Shown here: positions 25,225 through 33,765 of the stretch, in pieces
Layout: each line of letters opens with the position of its first letter
Numbering within the stretch: the stretch's first letter is position 1
Assembly (NCBI GenBank): GCA_947085205.1
Contig: CAMTVO010000062.1
Location: 1 to 39,201, forward strand
DNA length: 39,201 nt
Direction of reading: 5' to 3'
Source: an uncultured Nitrospiraceae bacterium
Lineage (GTDB): Bacteria > Nitrospirota > Thermodesulfovibrionia > Thermodesulfovibrionales > Dissulfurispiraceae
Translations under genes and position numbers: made by a program
The notes under the pieces: generated by a model
What the model saw: only the letters and a program-made list of their open reading frames with translations
What the model was told of the DNA's origin: nothing
The model's database searches: none

Positions 25225-26928
25225 ATGAAAAAAAGGGCAATCATACTGAGCACCGCCATCGCTTTCGGTTTTATTGCCGTTATTTTCCGGCTGGTGGATA
25301 TTATGCTCTTCAACCATGAATGGTTCTCGGCCAAGGCTAAGTTTCAGCAGATTAGAAAAGAAGTCATTCCTGTCAAAAGGGGAATCATTTTTGACAGAAG
25401 GGGCAGGGAGCTTGCCATAAATCTGGATACGGAATCAATTTATGCCGACCCCTCCGAAGTAGCGTCTCCGGACAAAGTCGCAAACGCCTTATCCGAAAGA
25501 ATCAATCAGAGGCCGGATATTATATTGGCAAAGTTGAACACCGACAAGAAGTTCAACTGGATAGAGAGAAAGCTCGGCACAGAGTATATTCAGGGCATAA
25601 AAGAGTTGAAGCTGAGGGGGATAGGATTTGTTTCTGAGACGAAGAGGTATTATCCCAAGGGAAACCTTGCATCGCACATCATAGGTTTCGTTAATATCGA
25701 CAATAACGGACTTGAAGGAGTAGAACAGAAATACGACAAACACCTCGTATCTCGGAGCGAGAAGGCTTATGTATTCAGGGATGCAAAGGGTAATGTGCTT
25801 TCTGACGGCCAGACATTAAACAGAGAGATAAAAGGCAATAATTTAGTCCTCACAATCGATGAAGTCCTGCAGTACACCCTCGAAAAGAATCTTGACGAGG
25901 CGTTTTTGCATTGGAGGGCTGCTTCAGCCACAGCAATAATGATGGACCCATACACAGGCGAAATACTGGCGATGGCAAACAGGCCCACTTTTGATGCTAA
26001 TAACCCCGCGGATGTGACAGCGGCGCAGAGAAGGAACAGGGCTGTTACGGATTGCTATGAGCCGGGCTCAACATTTAAAATAATAGCCGGAACCGCAGCG
26101 CTTGAAGAAGGTGTCGTGAAGCCTGATACAAAGTTCGACTGCAGCGCGGGCTACATAGAAGTAGGAGGTAAAAAGATAAAGGATGCCCATAAGCACGGCG
26201 TGCTTTCATTCAAGGAAGTGATACAGAAGTCTTCCAATGTCGGCATTATAAAGATAGGGCTCAGTTTGGGCAGGGAAAGATTATATGAGTATATCAAAAG
26301 TTTTGGTTTCGGTGAAAATACGGGGATAGACCTTTCGGGTGAAGTTTCATGCTGGGTGCGTACTCCGGAGAGGTGGTCGGGGACGTCGATAGGAGCTGTT
26401 TCGATAGGTCAGGAGGTTGCGGTTACGCCTCTTCAGGTCTTAAGGGCATATGCGGTTATTGCCAACGGAGGATTTCTTGTCAAGCCTTATGTGGTTTCAG
26501 AGGTAAGGTCCCCTGAAGGAAATGTTATTCATAAAACTACCCCTGAAGCTGGCAGAATCCTTTCCGAAAAGACCGTTAATGTTTTCAGGGAAATACTTAA
26601 GACAGTCACAGAAGAGGGCGGCACAGCGATAGAGGCTGCTGTAGACGGCAATCAAGTTGCGGGCAAGACAGGAACTGCGCAATTGATAGACCCTAAGACA
26701 AAGAGGTATTCTAAGGAAAAATACGTAAGCTCTTTTGTCGGATTTGTACCTGCCGATAAGCCCAAGATAGCGATGATAGTCGTCATTCACGAGCCTAAAG
26801 GGCAGATATACGGCGGTGTCGTTGCCGGACCTGCCTTCAGAAAGATAGCCGATGAATCACTATCGTATCTCAGCGTACCGAGAGACGATTCAGGCGAAAA
26901 GGGCTTACTGACGGTCTCGAATAAATGA
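25225..26928 (+). CDS. ftsI: class B PBP FtsI
   Basis: RGIIFDR, YEPGSTFK, SSN, GKTGTAQ. Confidence 0.95.
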   Translation: MKKRAIILSTAIAFGFIAVIFRLVDIMLFNHEWFSAKAKFQQIRKEVIPVKRGIIFDRRGRELAINLDTESIYADPSEVASPDKVANALSERINQRPDIILAKLNTDKKFNWIERKLGTEYIQGIKELKLRGIGFVSETKRYYPKGNLASHIIGFVNIDNNGLEGVEQKYDKHLVSRSEKAYVFRDAKGNVLSDGQTLNREIKGNNLVLTIDEVLQYTLEKNLDEAFLHWRAASATAIMMDPYTGEILAMANRPTFDANNPADVTAAQRRNRAVTDCYEPGSTFKIIAGTAALEEGVVKPDTKFDCSAGYIEVGGKKIKDAHKHGVLSFKEVIQKSSNVGIIKIGLSLGRERLYEYIKSFGFGENTGIDLSGEVSCWVRTPERWSGTSIGAVSIGQEVAVTPLQVLRAYAVIANGGFLVKPYVVSEVRSPEGNVIHKTTPEAGRILSEKTVNVFREILKTVTEEGGTAIEAAVDGNQVAGKTGTAQLIDPKTKRYSKEKYVSSFVGFVPADKPKIAMIVVIHEPKGQIYGGVVAGPAFRKIADESLSYLSVPRDDSGEKGLLTVSNK

Positions 26929-26936
26929 GGAAGGGT

Positions 26937-28625
26937 ATGAAGATAAAGGACATTTTGATGAAGGATTTCGCTGTAAAAGGCGATGTCGATAAAAGCATCT
27001 TCGGAGTATCTTACGACTCCAGAAAGGTTCAGAAAGACTATCTCTTTGTCGCTGTAAAAGGCGAAAAGTTTGACGGCCATAATTTTATCGAGGACGCGAT
27101 TAAAAAAGGCGCATCGGCTATCGTGTATGAAGAAAAGGCAATAGGCAATAGGCAAGAGGCAGTAGGTGATTTTATAAAAAAATATCCGGATATAATATGG
27201 ATTGGGGTAAAAGATTGCAGGGATACGCTTGCAGCTGTATCGAATAAATTTTACGGAATGCCGTCGGAAGACGTTACTGTTGTCGGCATTACGGGCACAA
27301 ACGGCAAGACGACTACATCGTATCTCATTAAATCCATCATCGAAAAATGGGATAAAGATGTCGGTCTTATAGGCACAATCACTTATCTGATAAAGGATAT
27401 CGCCTATAATGCGCCTCACACCACGCCTGAGGCCTCTGATTTCCAGTCTCTGCTGAGGGAGATGGCCGATAAGGGATGCAGTCATGTGGTCACAGAGGTT
27501 TCATCGCACGCGCTCTCGCAGAAGAGGGTTGACTACACACGATTTAAAGTTGCAGTGTTTACAAATCTTACAAGGGATCATCTCGATTTCCACCAGACAA
27601 TGGAAGATTATTTTAAGGCAAAGGAGAGGCTTTTCACAGAGCTTCTATCAGAAGACGGCACTGCAGTTATTAACATTGACGACCCTTATGGTGTAAGGAT
27701 CGTTAATGATTTAAAGAGTCAAGAGTCAAAGGTCAAGGGTCAAGGGAAAAAGGTGTTAACATACGCAATAGATAATCCGAACGCAGACATTATTGCTTAT
27801 GACATAAAGACGACATTCAAAGGCACATCATTTAAAATAACCCAACACTCCAATACTCCATCACTCCAACACTCCATCACCTCACCTTTTGTTGGAATAA
27901 CAAATGTATATAACATGCTTTCTGCCGTATGCGCGGCATTTTCATTGGATATACCGATTAAGATAATAAAGGAGGGAATTGCCATGACAGGATTAGTTAA
28001 GGGAAGATTTGAAAAGGTCGACATCGGGCAGGACTTCCTCGCTGTTGTGGATTATGCCCACACAGAGGATGCCCTTGAGAGGCTTTTGCTCACTGCCCGC
28101 CAGTTATTGGAGGCCTATCGTTTTACAGAAAAGACAGAGAAGATGATGAAGGCAAAGAGAAAGGAGTATTTTATGCCGGCCATGCCGGAAAAGCCCGATG
28201 TCGGCGAAAAGAAGGGAAAAATTATCACGGTCTTCGGCTGCGGCGGCGATAGGGACAAGGGTAAGCGTTTAAAGATGGGAGAGATTGCAGTAAAGCTCAG
28301 CGATTTTGTAATAATAACCTCTGATAATCCGAGGAGCGAAAACCCGCGAGGCATTATAAGGGACATAGAAAGAGGGATAGATGGAGACAACTATATCGTC
28401 ATTCCAGATAGAAATGTTGCCATAAGCATGGCGGTCGAGTTGGCTTGTTCTGGCGATATAGTCCTTGTGGCAGGAAAAGGGCACGAAGATTATCAGGAGA
28501 TTCAGGGAAAACGTTACAGCTTCAGCGACAGGATATCGCTCGAGAATGCAATCAAGCGTACGATAAACAGACCGTCTTTCGGAGGCGACACCAATTACAA
28601 AGGGGCAGAGATTATTAGATGCTGA
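26937..28625 (+). CDS. murE: UDP-MurNAc-tripeptide synthetase
   Basis: GITGTNGKTT, EVSSH, NLTRDHLDFH, VDYAHT, TSDNPR (mDAP type), AGKGHE; start at 26925 or 26937. Confidence 0.96.
   Translation: MKIKDILMKDFAVKGDVDKSIFGVSYDSRKVQKDYLFVAVKGEKFDGHNFIEDAIKKGASAIVYEEKAIGNRQEAVGDFIKKYPDIIWIGVKDCRDTLAAVSNKFYGMPSEDVTVVGITGTNGKTTTSYLIKSIIEKWDKDVGLIGTITYLIKDIAYNAPHTTPEASDFQSLLREMADKGCSHVVTEVSSHALSQKRVDYTRFKVAVFTNLTRDHLDFHQTMEDYFKAKERLFTELLSEDGTAVINIDDPYGVRIVNDLKSQESKVKGQGKKVLTYAIDNPNADIIAYDIKTTFKGTSFKITQHSNTPSLQHSITSPFVGITNVYNMLSAVCAAFSLDIPIKIIKEGIAMTGLVKGRFEKVDIGQDFLAVVDYAHTEDALERLLLTARQLLEAYRFTEKTEKMMKAKRKEYFMPAMPEKPDVGEKKGKIITVFGCGGDRDKGKRLKMGEIAVKLSDFVIITSDNPRSENPRGIIRDIERGIDGDNYIVIPDRNVAISMAVELACSGDIVLVAGKGHEDYQEIQGKRYSFSDRISLENAIKRTINRPSFGGDTNYKGAEIIRC
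27136..27166 (+). repeat. heptamer array in murE
   Basis: AGGCAAT x2, AGGCAAG, AGGCAGT, AGG; encodes KAIGNRQEAVG. Confidence 0.85.
27714..27746 (+). repeat. heptamer array in murE
   Basis: AAGAGTC x2, AAAGGTC, AAGGGTC, AAGGG; encodes KSQESKVKGQG. Confidence 0.85.
27842..27880 (+). repeat. 8-mer array in murE
   Basis: CCAACACT CCAATACT CCATCACT CCAACACT CCATCAC; encodes QHSNTPSLQHSIT. Confidence 0.85.
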
Positions 28626-30052
28626 ATGTTAAAGATGTAATTAAAGCTACAGGCGGGGTTATTGCAAATTCGGAATTCGGAATTCGAAATTCGAATTTTA
28701 CAGGTGTGTCCATAGACTCCAGGACAATAAAGAGCGGTGAACTGTTCATTGCATTAAAGGGAGACAGGTTCGACGGCCATGATTTTCTGCACGATGCTTT
28801 AAAGGCAGGCAGCGGAGCGATTGTTAGTTCACAGTTCGCAGTTCACGGTTCAGAGTTTAAAAATAAAATCATAATATTTGCAGACAACACATTGTTTGCC
28901 CTGCATAATCTGGCAAGGTATATAAGAAAAAAATTCAAAAGACATGTGATAGGCATAGTTGGAAGCAACGGCAAGACGACGACAAAGGAACTCACTGCAT
29001 CCATTCTCAGCACGAAGCTTAATGTGCTTAAGGCTATGGGAAACCTGAACAATCATATCGGTATGCCGCTTTCGATTACCAAGATGGATAAAGATACCGA
29101 AGTAATGGTTCTCGAAATGGGAACAAACAGGCCGGGCGATGTCGATGAGCTTTGCAGTATTGCGTTTCCCGATGTCGGTGTTATTACGAACATAGGATAC
29201 GAGCATCTTCAGGGCTTCGGCTCGCTGCAAAAAGTCAGAGACTCTGAACTCGAGATAATTCCATACGTAAAAAAGCTGGTTGTAAATGCAGATGATTCGT
29301 TTCTTATGGAAGGCGTTAGAAACAGAATACAGAAAAAAAAAGACAGAAAACAGATAGAGCTTATAACCTTCGGTGTGGAAACAGAGGATGCAGATATAAC
29401 TGTCAAGGATATTGTTTTTTTTGAAAACGGTACAAGATTTCTTCTATGTGCAAATAACGAGCATGTAGATATAAATCTGAAAATACCCGGCCGCTTTAAT
29501 GTGTACAACTCCCTTGCAGCAGCCTCTGCTACATATGCCGCTGGATTCAATCTTCATAATATAAAGGAAGGTCTGGAATCTTTTACAGGCATCAATATGC
29601 GGTTCGAGATAAAGAGACATAGAGACGTTACATTTTTAAACGATGTTTATAACGCAAACCCATCGTCAATGGGGGAGTCTGTAAATGAACTTATGAGATT
29701 TTTCGGGTCAGGCCGATATAAAAGGGCTATTGTGGTTTTAGGCGATATGCTTGATCTCGGCGACTACGGCGTTGCGGAGCACAAAAAGCTTGGACAGAGG
29801 CTTTCAGGCCTTTTAGTTGACATCTTTATAGGCGTAGGCCCTTTAATGTCACTTGCTGTCTCTGAATTTCAGGGGAAGGGCATATGCGCGGATACATCCG
29901 AGGACGCCGGCAGAGAACTCGGCAGGGTAATTGCAAACGGCGATATTATCTTGATAAAAGGGTCAAGGGGAATGAGGATGGAAAAGGTAATGGATGCGAT
30001 AGAGCGGGGCTCTGAAGAACTGATGAGTCTTGCAGGACATGATAGGGGCTGA
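28619..30052 (+). CDS. murF: UDP-MurNAc-pentapeptide synthetase
   Basis: SIDSR, GSNGKTTTKE, NNHIG, LEMG, DVYNANPSS, KGSRG. Confidence 0.96.
   Translation: MLNVKDVIKATGGVIANSEFGIRNSNFTGVSIDSRTIKSGELFIALKGDRFDGHDFLHDALKAGSGAIVSSQFAVHGSEFKNKIIIFADNTLFALHNLARYIRKKFKRHVIGIVGSNGKTTTKELTASILSTKLNVLKAMGNLNNHIGMPLSITKMDKDTEVMVLEMGTNRPGDVDELCSIAFPDVGVITNIGYEHLQGFGSLQKVRDSELEIIPYVKKLVVNADDSFLMEGVRNRIQKKKDRKQIELITFGVETEDADITVKDIVFFENGTRFLLCANNEHVDINLKIPGRFNVYNSLAAASATYAAGFNLHNIKEGLESFTGINMRFEIKRHRDVTFLNDVYNANPSSMGESVNELMRFFGSGRYKRAIVVLGDMLDLGDYGVAEHKKLGQRLSGLLVDIFIGVGPLMSLAVSEFQGKGICADTSEDAGRELGRVIANGDIILIKGSRGMRMEKVMDAIERGSEELMSLAGHDRG
28667..28697 (+). repeat. heptamer array in murF
   Basis: AATTCGG x2, AATTCGA x2; encodes NSEFGIRNSN. 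Confidence 0.85.
28826..28858 (+). repeat. heptamer array in murF
   Basis: AGTTCAC AGTTCGC AGTTCAC GGTTCAG AGTTT; encodes SSQFAVHGSEF. Confidence 0.85.
29322..29356 (+). repeat. degenerate heptamer array in murF
   Basis: ACAGAAT ACAGAAA AAAAAAG ACAGAAA ACAGATA; encodes NRIQKKKDRKQI. Confidence 0.65.
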
Positions 30053-30056
30053 TATT

Positions 30057-31139
30057 ATGCTTTACGAATTGCTCTATAGCCTCCATACGGAATTCTCTCC
30101 GTTTAATGTATTCAGATACATAACGTTCAGGACATCTCTGGCTGCCATGACTGCCCTGATAGTCACATTTATTATTGCGCCTCCGATAATCAGGTGGCTT
30201 AGAAAAATCAGCATGACGCAGCAGATAAGGGATGACGGACCGAAGACCCATTATTCGAAAGCCGGAACGCCGACGATGGGCGGCATTATTATACTCACAT
30301 CAATTACTCTCTCTATGCTGATGTGGGGGAATTTCAAAAATATTTATATGTGGGTAATTATGTTCTCACTCTTGAGTTTTGGCGCTGTTGGACTTTGGGA
30401 TGATTATCTAAAGACTGTAAAGAGAAACCCAAAAGGTTTGAGGGCATGTTATAAGTTTGGCGCCCAGATGTCCATTGCCTTTGCAATAGGTATTTTTCTT
30501 TATGCAAATCCTCAAGATCCGTATACTACTATCTTGAGCGTGCCGTTTTTCAAGAAATGGTTATTTGATATTGGTATGTTCTATATCCCGTTTTCTGTCA
30601 TTGTAATCGTAGGTTCTTCCAATGCTGTGAACCTTACAGATGGCATAGATGGCCTTGCCATAGGGCTTGTTGCTATTGCTGTTCTTGCCAACGGCGCACT
30701 TGTTTATTTGTCAGGACATAAAGGATTTGCTCAGTACCTTCATGTTCTTTATCTTCCTGGAATCGGAGAATTGACCGTATTCTGCGGCGCTATGCTTGGC
30801 GCTGCATTGGGATTTCTCTGGTATAACTCGCATCCCGCTGAGGTCTTTATGGGAGATGTCGGCTCCCTTTCGCTTGGAGGCGCGCTCGGAACGCTTGCGG
30901 TTATAACAAAGCATGAGATAGTTCTTGCCGTTGTAGGAGGTATATTCGTTATAGAGACTATCTCAGTTGCAATGCAGGTCATGTCGTTTAAGCTTACAGG
31001 CAGGCGGATATTCAAGATGGCTCCCATACACCACCATTTTGAGCTTAAGGGATGGCCGGAGCCGAAAATAATAGTGAGATTCTGGGTTGTAGGAATAATC
31101 CTTGCATTATTCAGTCTTGCAACATTAAAATTGAGGTGA
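30057..31139 (+). CDS. mraY: phospho-MurNAc-pentapeptide transferase
   Basis: KAGTPTMGG, NAVNLTDGIDGL, FMGDVGS, MAPIHHHFE; start moved to ATG 30057. Confidence 0.97.
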   Translation: MLYELLYSLHTEFSPFNVFRYITFRTSLAAMTALIVTFIIAPPIIRWLRKISMTQQIRDDGPKTHYSKAGTPTMGGIIILTSITLSMLMWGNFKNIYMWVIMFSLLSFGAVGLWDDYLKTVKRNPKGLRACYKFGAQMSIAFAIGIFLYANPQDPYTTILSVPFFKKWLFDIGMFYIPFSVIVIVGSSNAVNLTDGIDGLAIGLVAIAVLANGALVYLSGHKGFAQYLHVLYLPGIGELTVFCGAMLGAALGFLWYNSHPAEVFMGDVGSLSLGGALGTLAVITKHEIVLAVVGGIFVIETISVAMQVMSFKLTGRRIFKMAPIHHHFELKGWPEPKIIVRFWVVGIILALFSLATLKLR

Positions 31140-31143
31140 GAAT

Positions 31144-32259
31144 ATGAAAAACAGAAGCCAGAAGTCAGAGAAAATGCAGTCCTCCATCACTCCATTACTC
31201 CTATGTTTTATACTGCTTACTGTCTGCTGTCTACTGCCTACTTTTTCTTATGCCGATGAGATTTCTGCAAGGGCTGCTGTTGTCATCGACAGTGCAAGCG
31301 AAAAAATACTCTATGCGAAAAATCCCGGTCTTAAACAGCCTCCTGCAAGCACAACAAAACTCGTTACCGCAATGGTCGCTCTCGACAGGCTCAATCCGGA
31401 CACCATAGTCACCATAAGCGAACATGCAGCCAATACACCAACTGTCAGCCCGCATTTAAAGACAGGCGAAAAGTTCAGCGTTAGGGATCTCTTGTACCTT
31501 TCGCTTATGAGGTCTGTAAACAGCGCTGCTGTTGCGCTTGCAGAGGCTGCTGCAGGCTCGGAGGATGCCTTTGTAGAGATGATGAATGAAAAGGCGGACC
31601 GTTTAGGCGCCGAGAATACGAGGTTTGCAAATTCCTCAGGACTTCCCGGTTCCGACCAATACATAACAGCCTTTGATCTCGCCAGGTTGATGAAGGAGTC
31701 CATAAAATACCCGTTAATCATAGAGATAGTTAATACGCGTGCAAAAGAGATTTACTCCGAGAGCGGAAGACGTATCTTTATTAAAAATACCAATCAACTT
31801 CTCTGGACAGACGACGACAACCTTGGAGGCAAGACAGGTTATACGAGGGCGGCAAGACACTGCTTTGTATCTGCCGCAAAAAGAGGGCAGAATACATTAA
31901 TAGCGGCTGTACTGGGAGAGCCGGAAAGGGATAATCTCTGGGAGAATTCCATACTGCTTTTGTCAAAGGGCTACGATGTTTTAAACCAAAGGGCAGAACC
32001 GATGATTTACTTCAGCAACGTTGATAAAAGGCCGGTGGTTTTTGCGGCATACAAAGCCAATAAAAAATATAAGAACGCAAAATACAAAAATACTAAGAAG
32101 ACCAAAGTAATTGCAAAAAAGCATAAATACAAGAAAGACAAGATAGCGGATAAATCGAATAAAAAGAGTTACGGAGTTAAAGCAGCCAAAAAGAAGACAA
32201 AGAAGTCTTCCTCTAAGGAGCTTTCTGTCTATAGGCAGGTATCAGCGAGTAAGTTTTAA
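31144..32259 (+). CDS. D-Ala-D-Ala carboxypeptidase (peptidase S11) with Lys-rich C-terminal tail
   Basis: ASTTK (SxxK), SVN (SxN), GKTGYT. Confidence 0.92.
   Translation: MKNRSQKSEKMQSSITPLLLCFILLTVCCLLPTFSYADEISARAAVVIDSASEKILYAKNPGLKQPPASTTKLVTAMVALDRLNPDTIVTISEHAANTPTVSPHLKTGEKFSVRDLLYLSLMRSVNSAAVALAEAAAGSEDAFVEMMNEKADRLGAENTRFANSSGLPGSDQYITAFDLARLMKESIKYPLIIEIVNTRAKEIYSESGRRIFIKNTNQLLWTDDDNLGGKTGYTRAARHCFVSAAKRGQNTLIAAVLGEPERDNLWENSILLLSKGYDVLNQRAEPMIYFSNVDKRPVVFAAYKANKKYKNAKYKNTKKTKVIAKKHKYKKDKIADKSNKKSYGVKAAKKKTKKSSSKELSVYRQVSASKF
31152..31242 (+). repeat. three adjacent 7-/8-mer arrays encoding the signal peptide
   Basis: CAGAAGC CAGAAGT CAGAG; CTCCATCA CTCCATTA CTCC; TACTGCT TACTGTC TGCTGTC TACTGCC TACT. 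Confidence 0.75.
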
Positions 32260-32307
32260 TTTTGACATTGCCGTGAGTTCTGGAGACAGCGAGGTTGAAC
32301 ATAAGCA

Positions 32308-33765
32308 GTGATAGACTTAAAGGACAAGAGGGTTACTATCGTAGGCCTTGCGAGAAGCGGAGTAGGCGCTGCAAATCTTCTTTACGGGCTCGGAGCTGAT
32401 GTTACCGTAACAGACAAAAAAGGCCCTCAGGAACTTGAAGCATTTCTCAAAAAACTGAATCCAGGCATCAAACTTGAACTTTGTAATCATCCTGCCGGCG
32501 TGTTCGAGAAGGCAGACCTTATTGTTATAAGCCCCGGAGTTCCTCTGAATACTCTCACATTAAAAACAGCATCTGAAAAAGGAATTAAAATAATCGGCGA
32601 ATTGGAGCTGGCATATCAGATAATCAAGGGTCAAGAGCCTGCCCTGAGCTTATCGAAGGGGTCAAGGGTCGAGGGTCAAGGGGAGGGAACATCTTGCCCT
32701 TCTTTTTTAGCAATAACAGGGACCAATGGGAAATCGACAACCACTACTCTTGTATACGAAATGCTTAAAAACGGAGGATTTAATACCATTCTCGGCGGTA
32801 ACATAGGCAATGCGCTTACTGAAGAAATACAGAAAGCTATCAGCTATCAGTTATCAGCTATCAGCTACATAGTTGCCGAGGTCTCGAGTTTTCAACTCGA
32901 ATCCATAGATGAATTCTGGCCTAAAGGTGCGGCGATATTAAACATAACACCTGACCATTTGGACAGATACCCATCTATGAATGAATATATCTATGCCAAA
33001 TGCAGGATATTCTTGAATCAGGGAGAGGGAGATTTTCTCGTGTTGAATGCCGATGATCCAACAACGAAAATAGTTGAAAGTGAAAAGTTAAAAGTTAAAA
33101 GTGAAAGACCAAGAGTTTTTTATTTCAGTCGTCAAAAAGAAGTGGAAGGCGCTTATTATAGAGATGGGATTATTTATTTTAATATTCCTGAATTTAACCT
33201 TCAGCCTTCAATCTTTAACCTTCAACCTTCAACCTTTAAAATAAAGGGTGTCCATAATATCGAAAACGCAATGGCGGCGTCATTGATGGCATTATTATCC
33301 GGCTGCAGCCCGGATGCTGTTATGCACACGATGCAGACATTTCCGGGCCTTGAGCACAGGCTTGAATTTGTGAGGGAGATAGACGGAGTGAAGTTTATCA
33401 ATGATTCAAAGGGAACAAATGTGGGCGCTGTTATAAAGTCCCTTGAGAGTTTTAACGAGCCTGTAATACTTATCGCAGGCGGAAGGGACAAAGACAGCGA
33501 TTTTACAATTTTAAGGCCGCTTATAAAAGAAAAGGTGAAGTCCCTTATCCTTATCGGAGAGGCAAAAGATAAGATAGGAAAGGCGGTTGGAGATGTTACA
33601 GAAGTCTTTATGGAGGATGACCTTAAATCTGCCGTATTAAGGGCAAAAAACGAAGCCTCTGCCGGCAATGTGGTTCTACTTTCGCCTGCATGCGCAAGCT
33701 TCGACATGTTCAGGGATTTTGAGGACAGGGGAAGGCAGTTTAAAAAGGCGGTGATGGAGCTGTGA
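32308..33765 (+). CDS. murD: UDP-MurNAc-L-Ala:D-Glu ligase
   Basis: GLARSG, ITGTNGKSTTT, EVSSFQL, NITPDHLDRY, NDSKGTN, LSPACASFD. Confidence 0.96.
   Translation: MIDLKDKRVTIVGLARSGVGAANLLYGLGADVTVTDKKGPQELEAFLKKLNPGIKLELCNHPAGVFEKADLIVISPGVPLNTLTLKTASEKGIKIIGELELAYQIIKGQEPALSLSKGSRVEGQGEGTSCPSFLAITGTNGKSTTTTLVYEMLKNGGFNTILGGNIGNALTEEIQKAISYQLSAISYIVAEVSSFQLESIDEFWPKGAAILNITPDHLDRYPSMNEYIYAKCRIFLNQGEGDFLVLNADDPTTKIVESEKLKVKSERPRVFYFSRQKEVEGAYYRDGIIYFNIPEFNLQPSIFNLQPSTFKIKGVHNIENAMAASLMALLSGCSPDAVMHTMQTFPGLEHRLEFVREIDGVKFINDSKGTNVGAVIKSLESFNEPVILIAGGRDKDSDFTILRPLIKEKVKSLILIGEAKDKIGKAVGDVTEVFMEDDLKSAVLRAKNEASAGNVVLLSPACASFDMFRDFEDRGRQFKKAVMEL
32624..32687 (+). repeat. heptamer array in murD with a nested REP-like unit
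   Basis: TCAAGGG TCAAGAG [CCTGCCCTGAGCTTATCGAAGGG] G TCAAGGG TCGAGGG TCAAGGG. Confidence 0.8.
32835..32867 (+). repeat. heptamer array in murD
   Basis: AGCTATC x2, AGTTATC, AGCTATC, AGCTA; encodes AISYQLSAISY. Confidence 0.88.
33072..33106 (+). repeat. heptamer array in murD
   Basis: AGTTGAA AGTGAAA AGTTAAA AGTTAAA AGTGAAA; encodes VESEKLKVKSE. Confidence 0.85.
33193..33239 (+). repeat. heptamer array in murD
   Basis: TTTAACC TTCAGCC TTCAATC TTTAACC TTCAACC TTCAACC TTTAA; encodes FNLQPSIFNLQPSTFK. Confidence 0.88.

Noticed and set aside
26787..27485. Long minus-strand ORFs over dcw genes (also 23761-24309 and 33222-33926)
   Set aside because: Antisense to well-supported conserved genes, with no motifs
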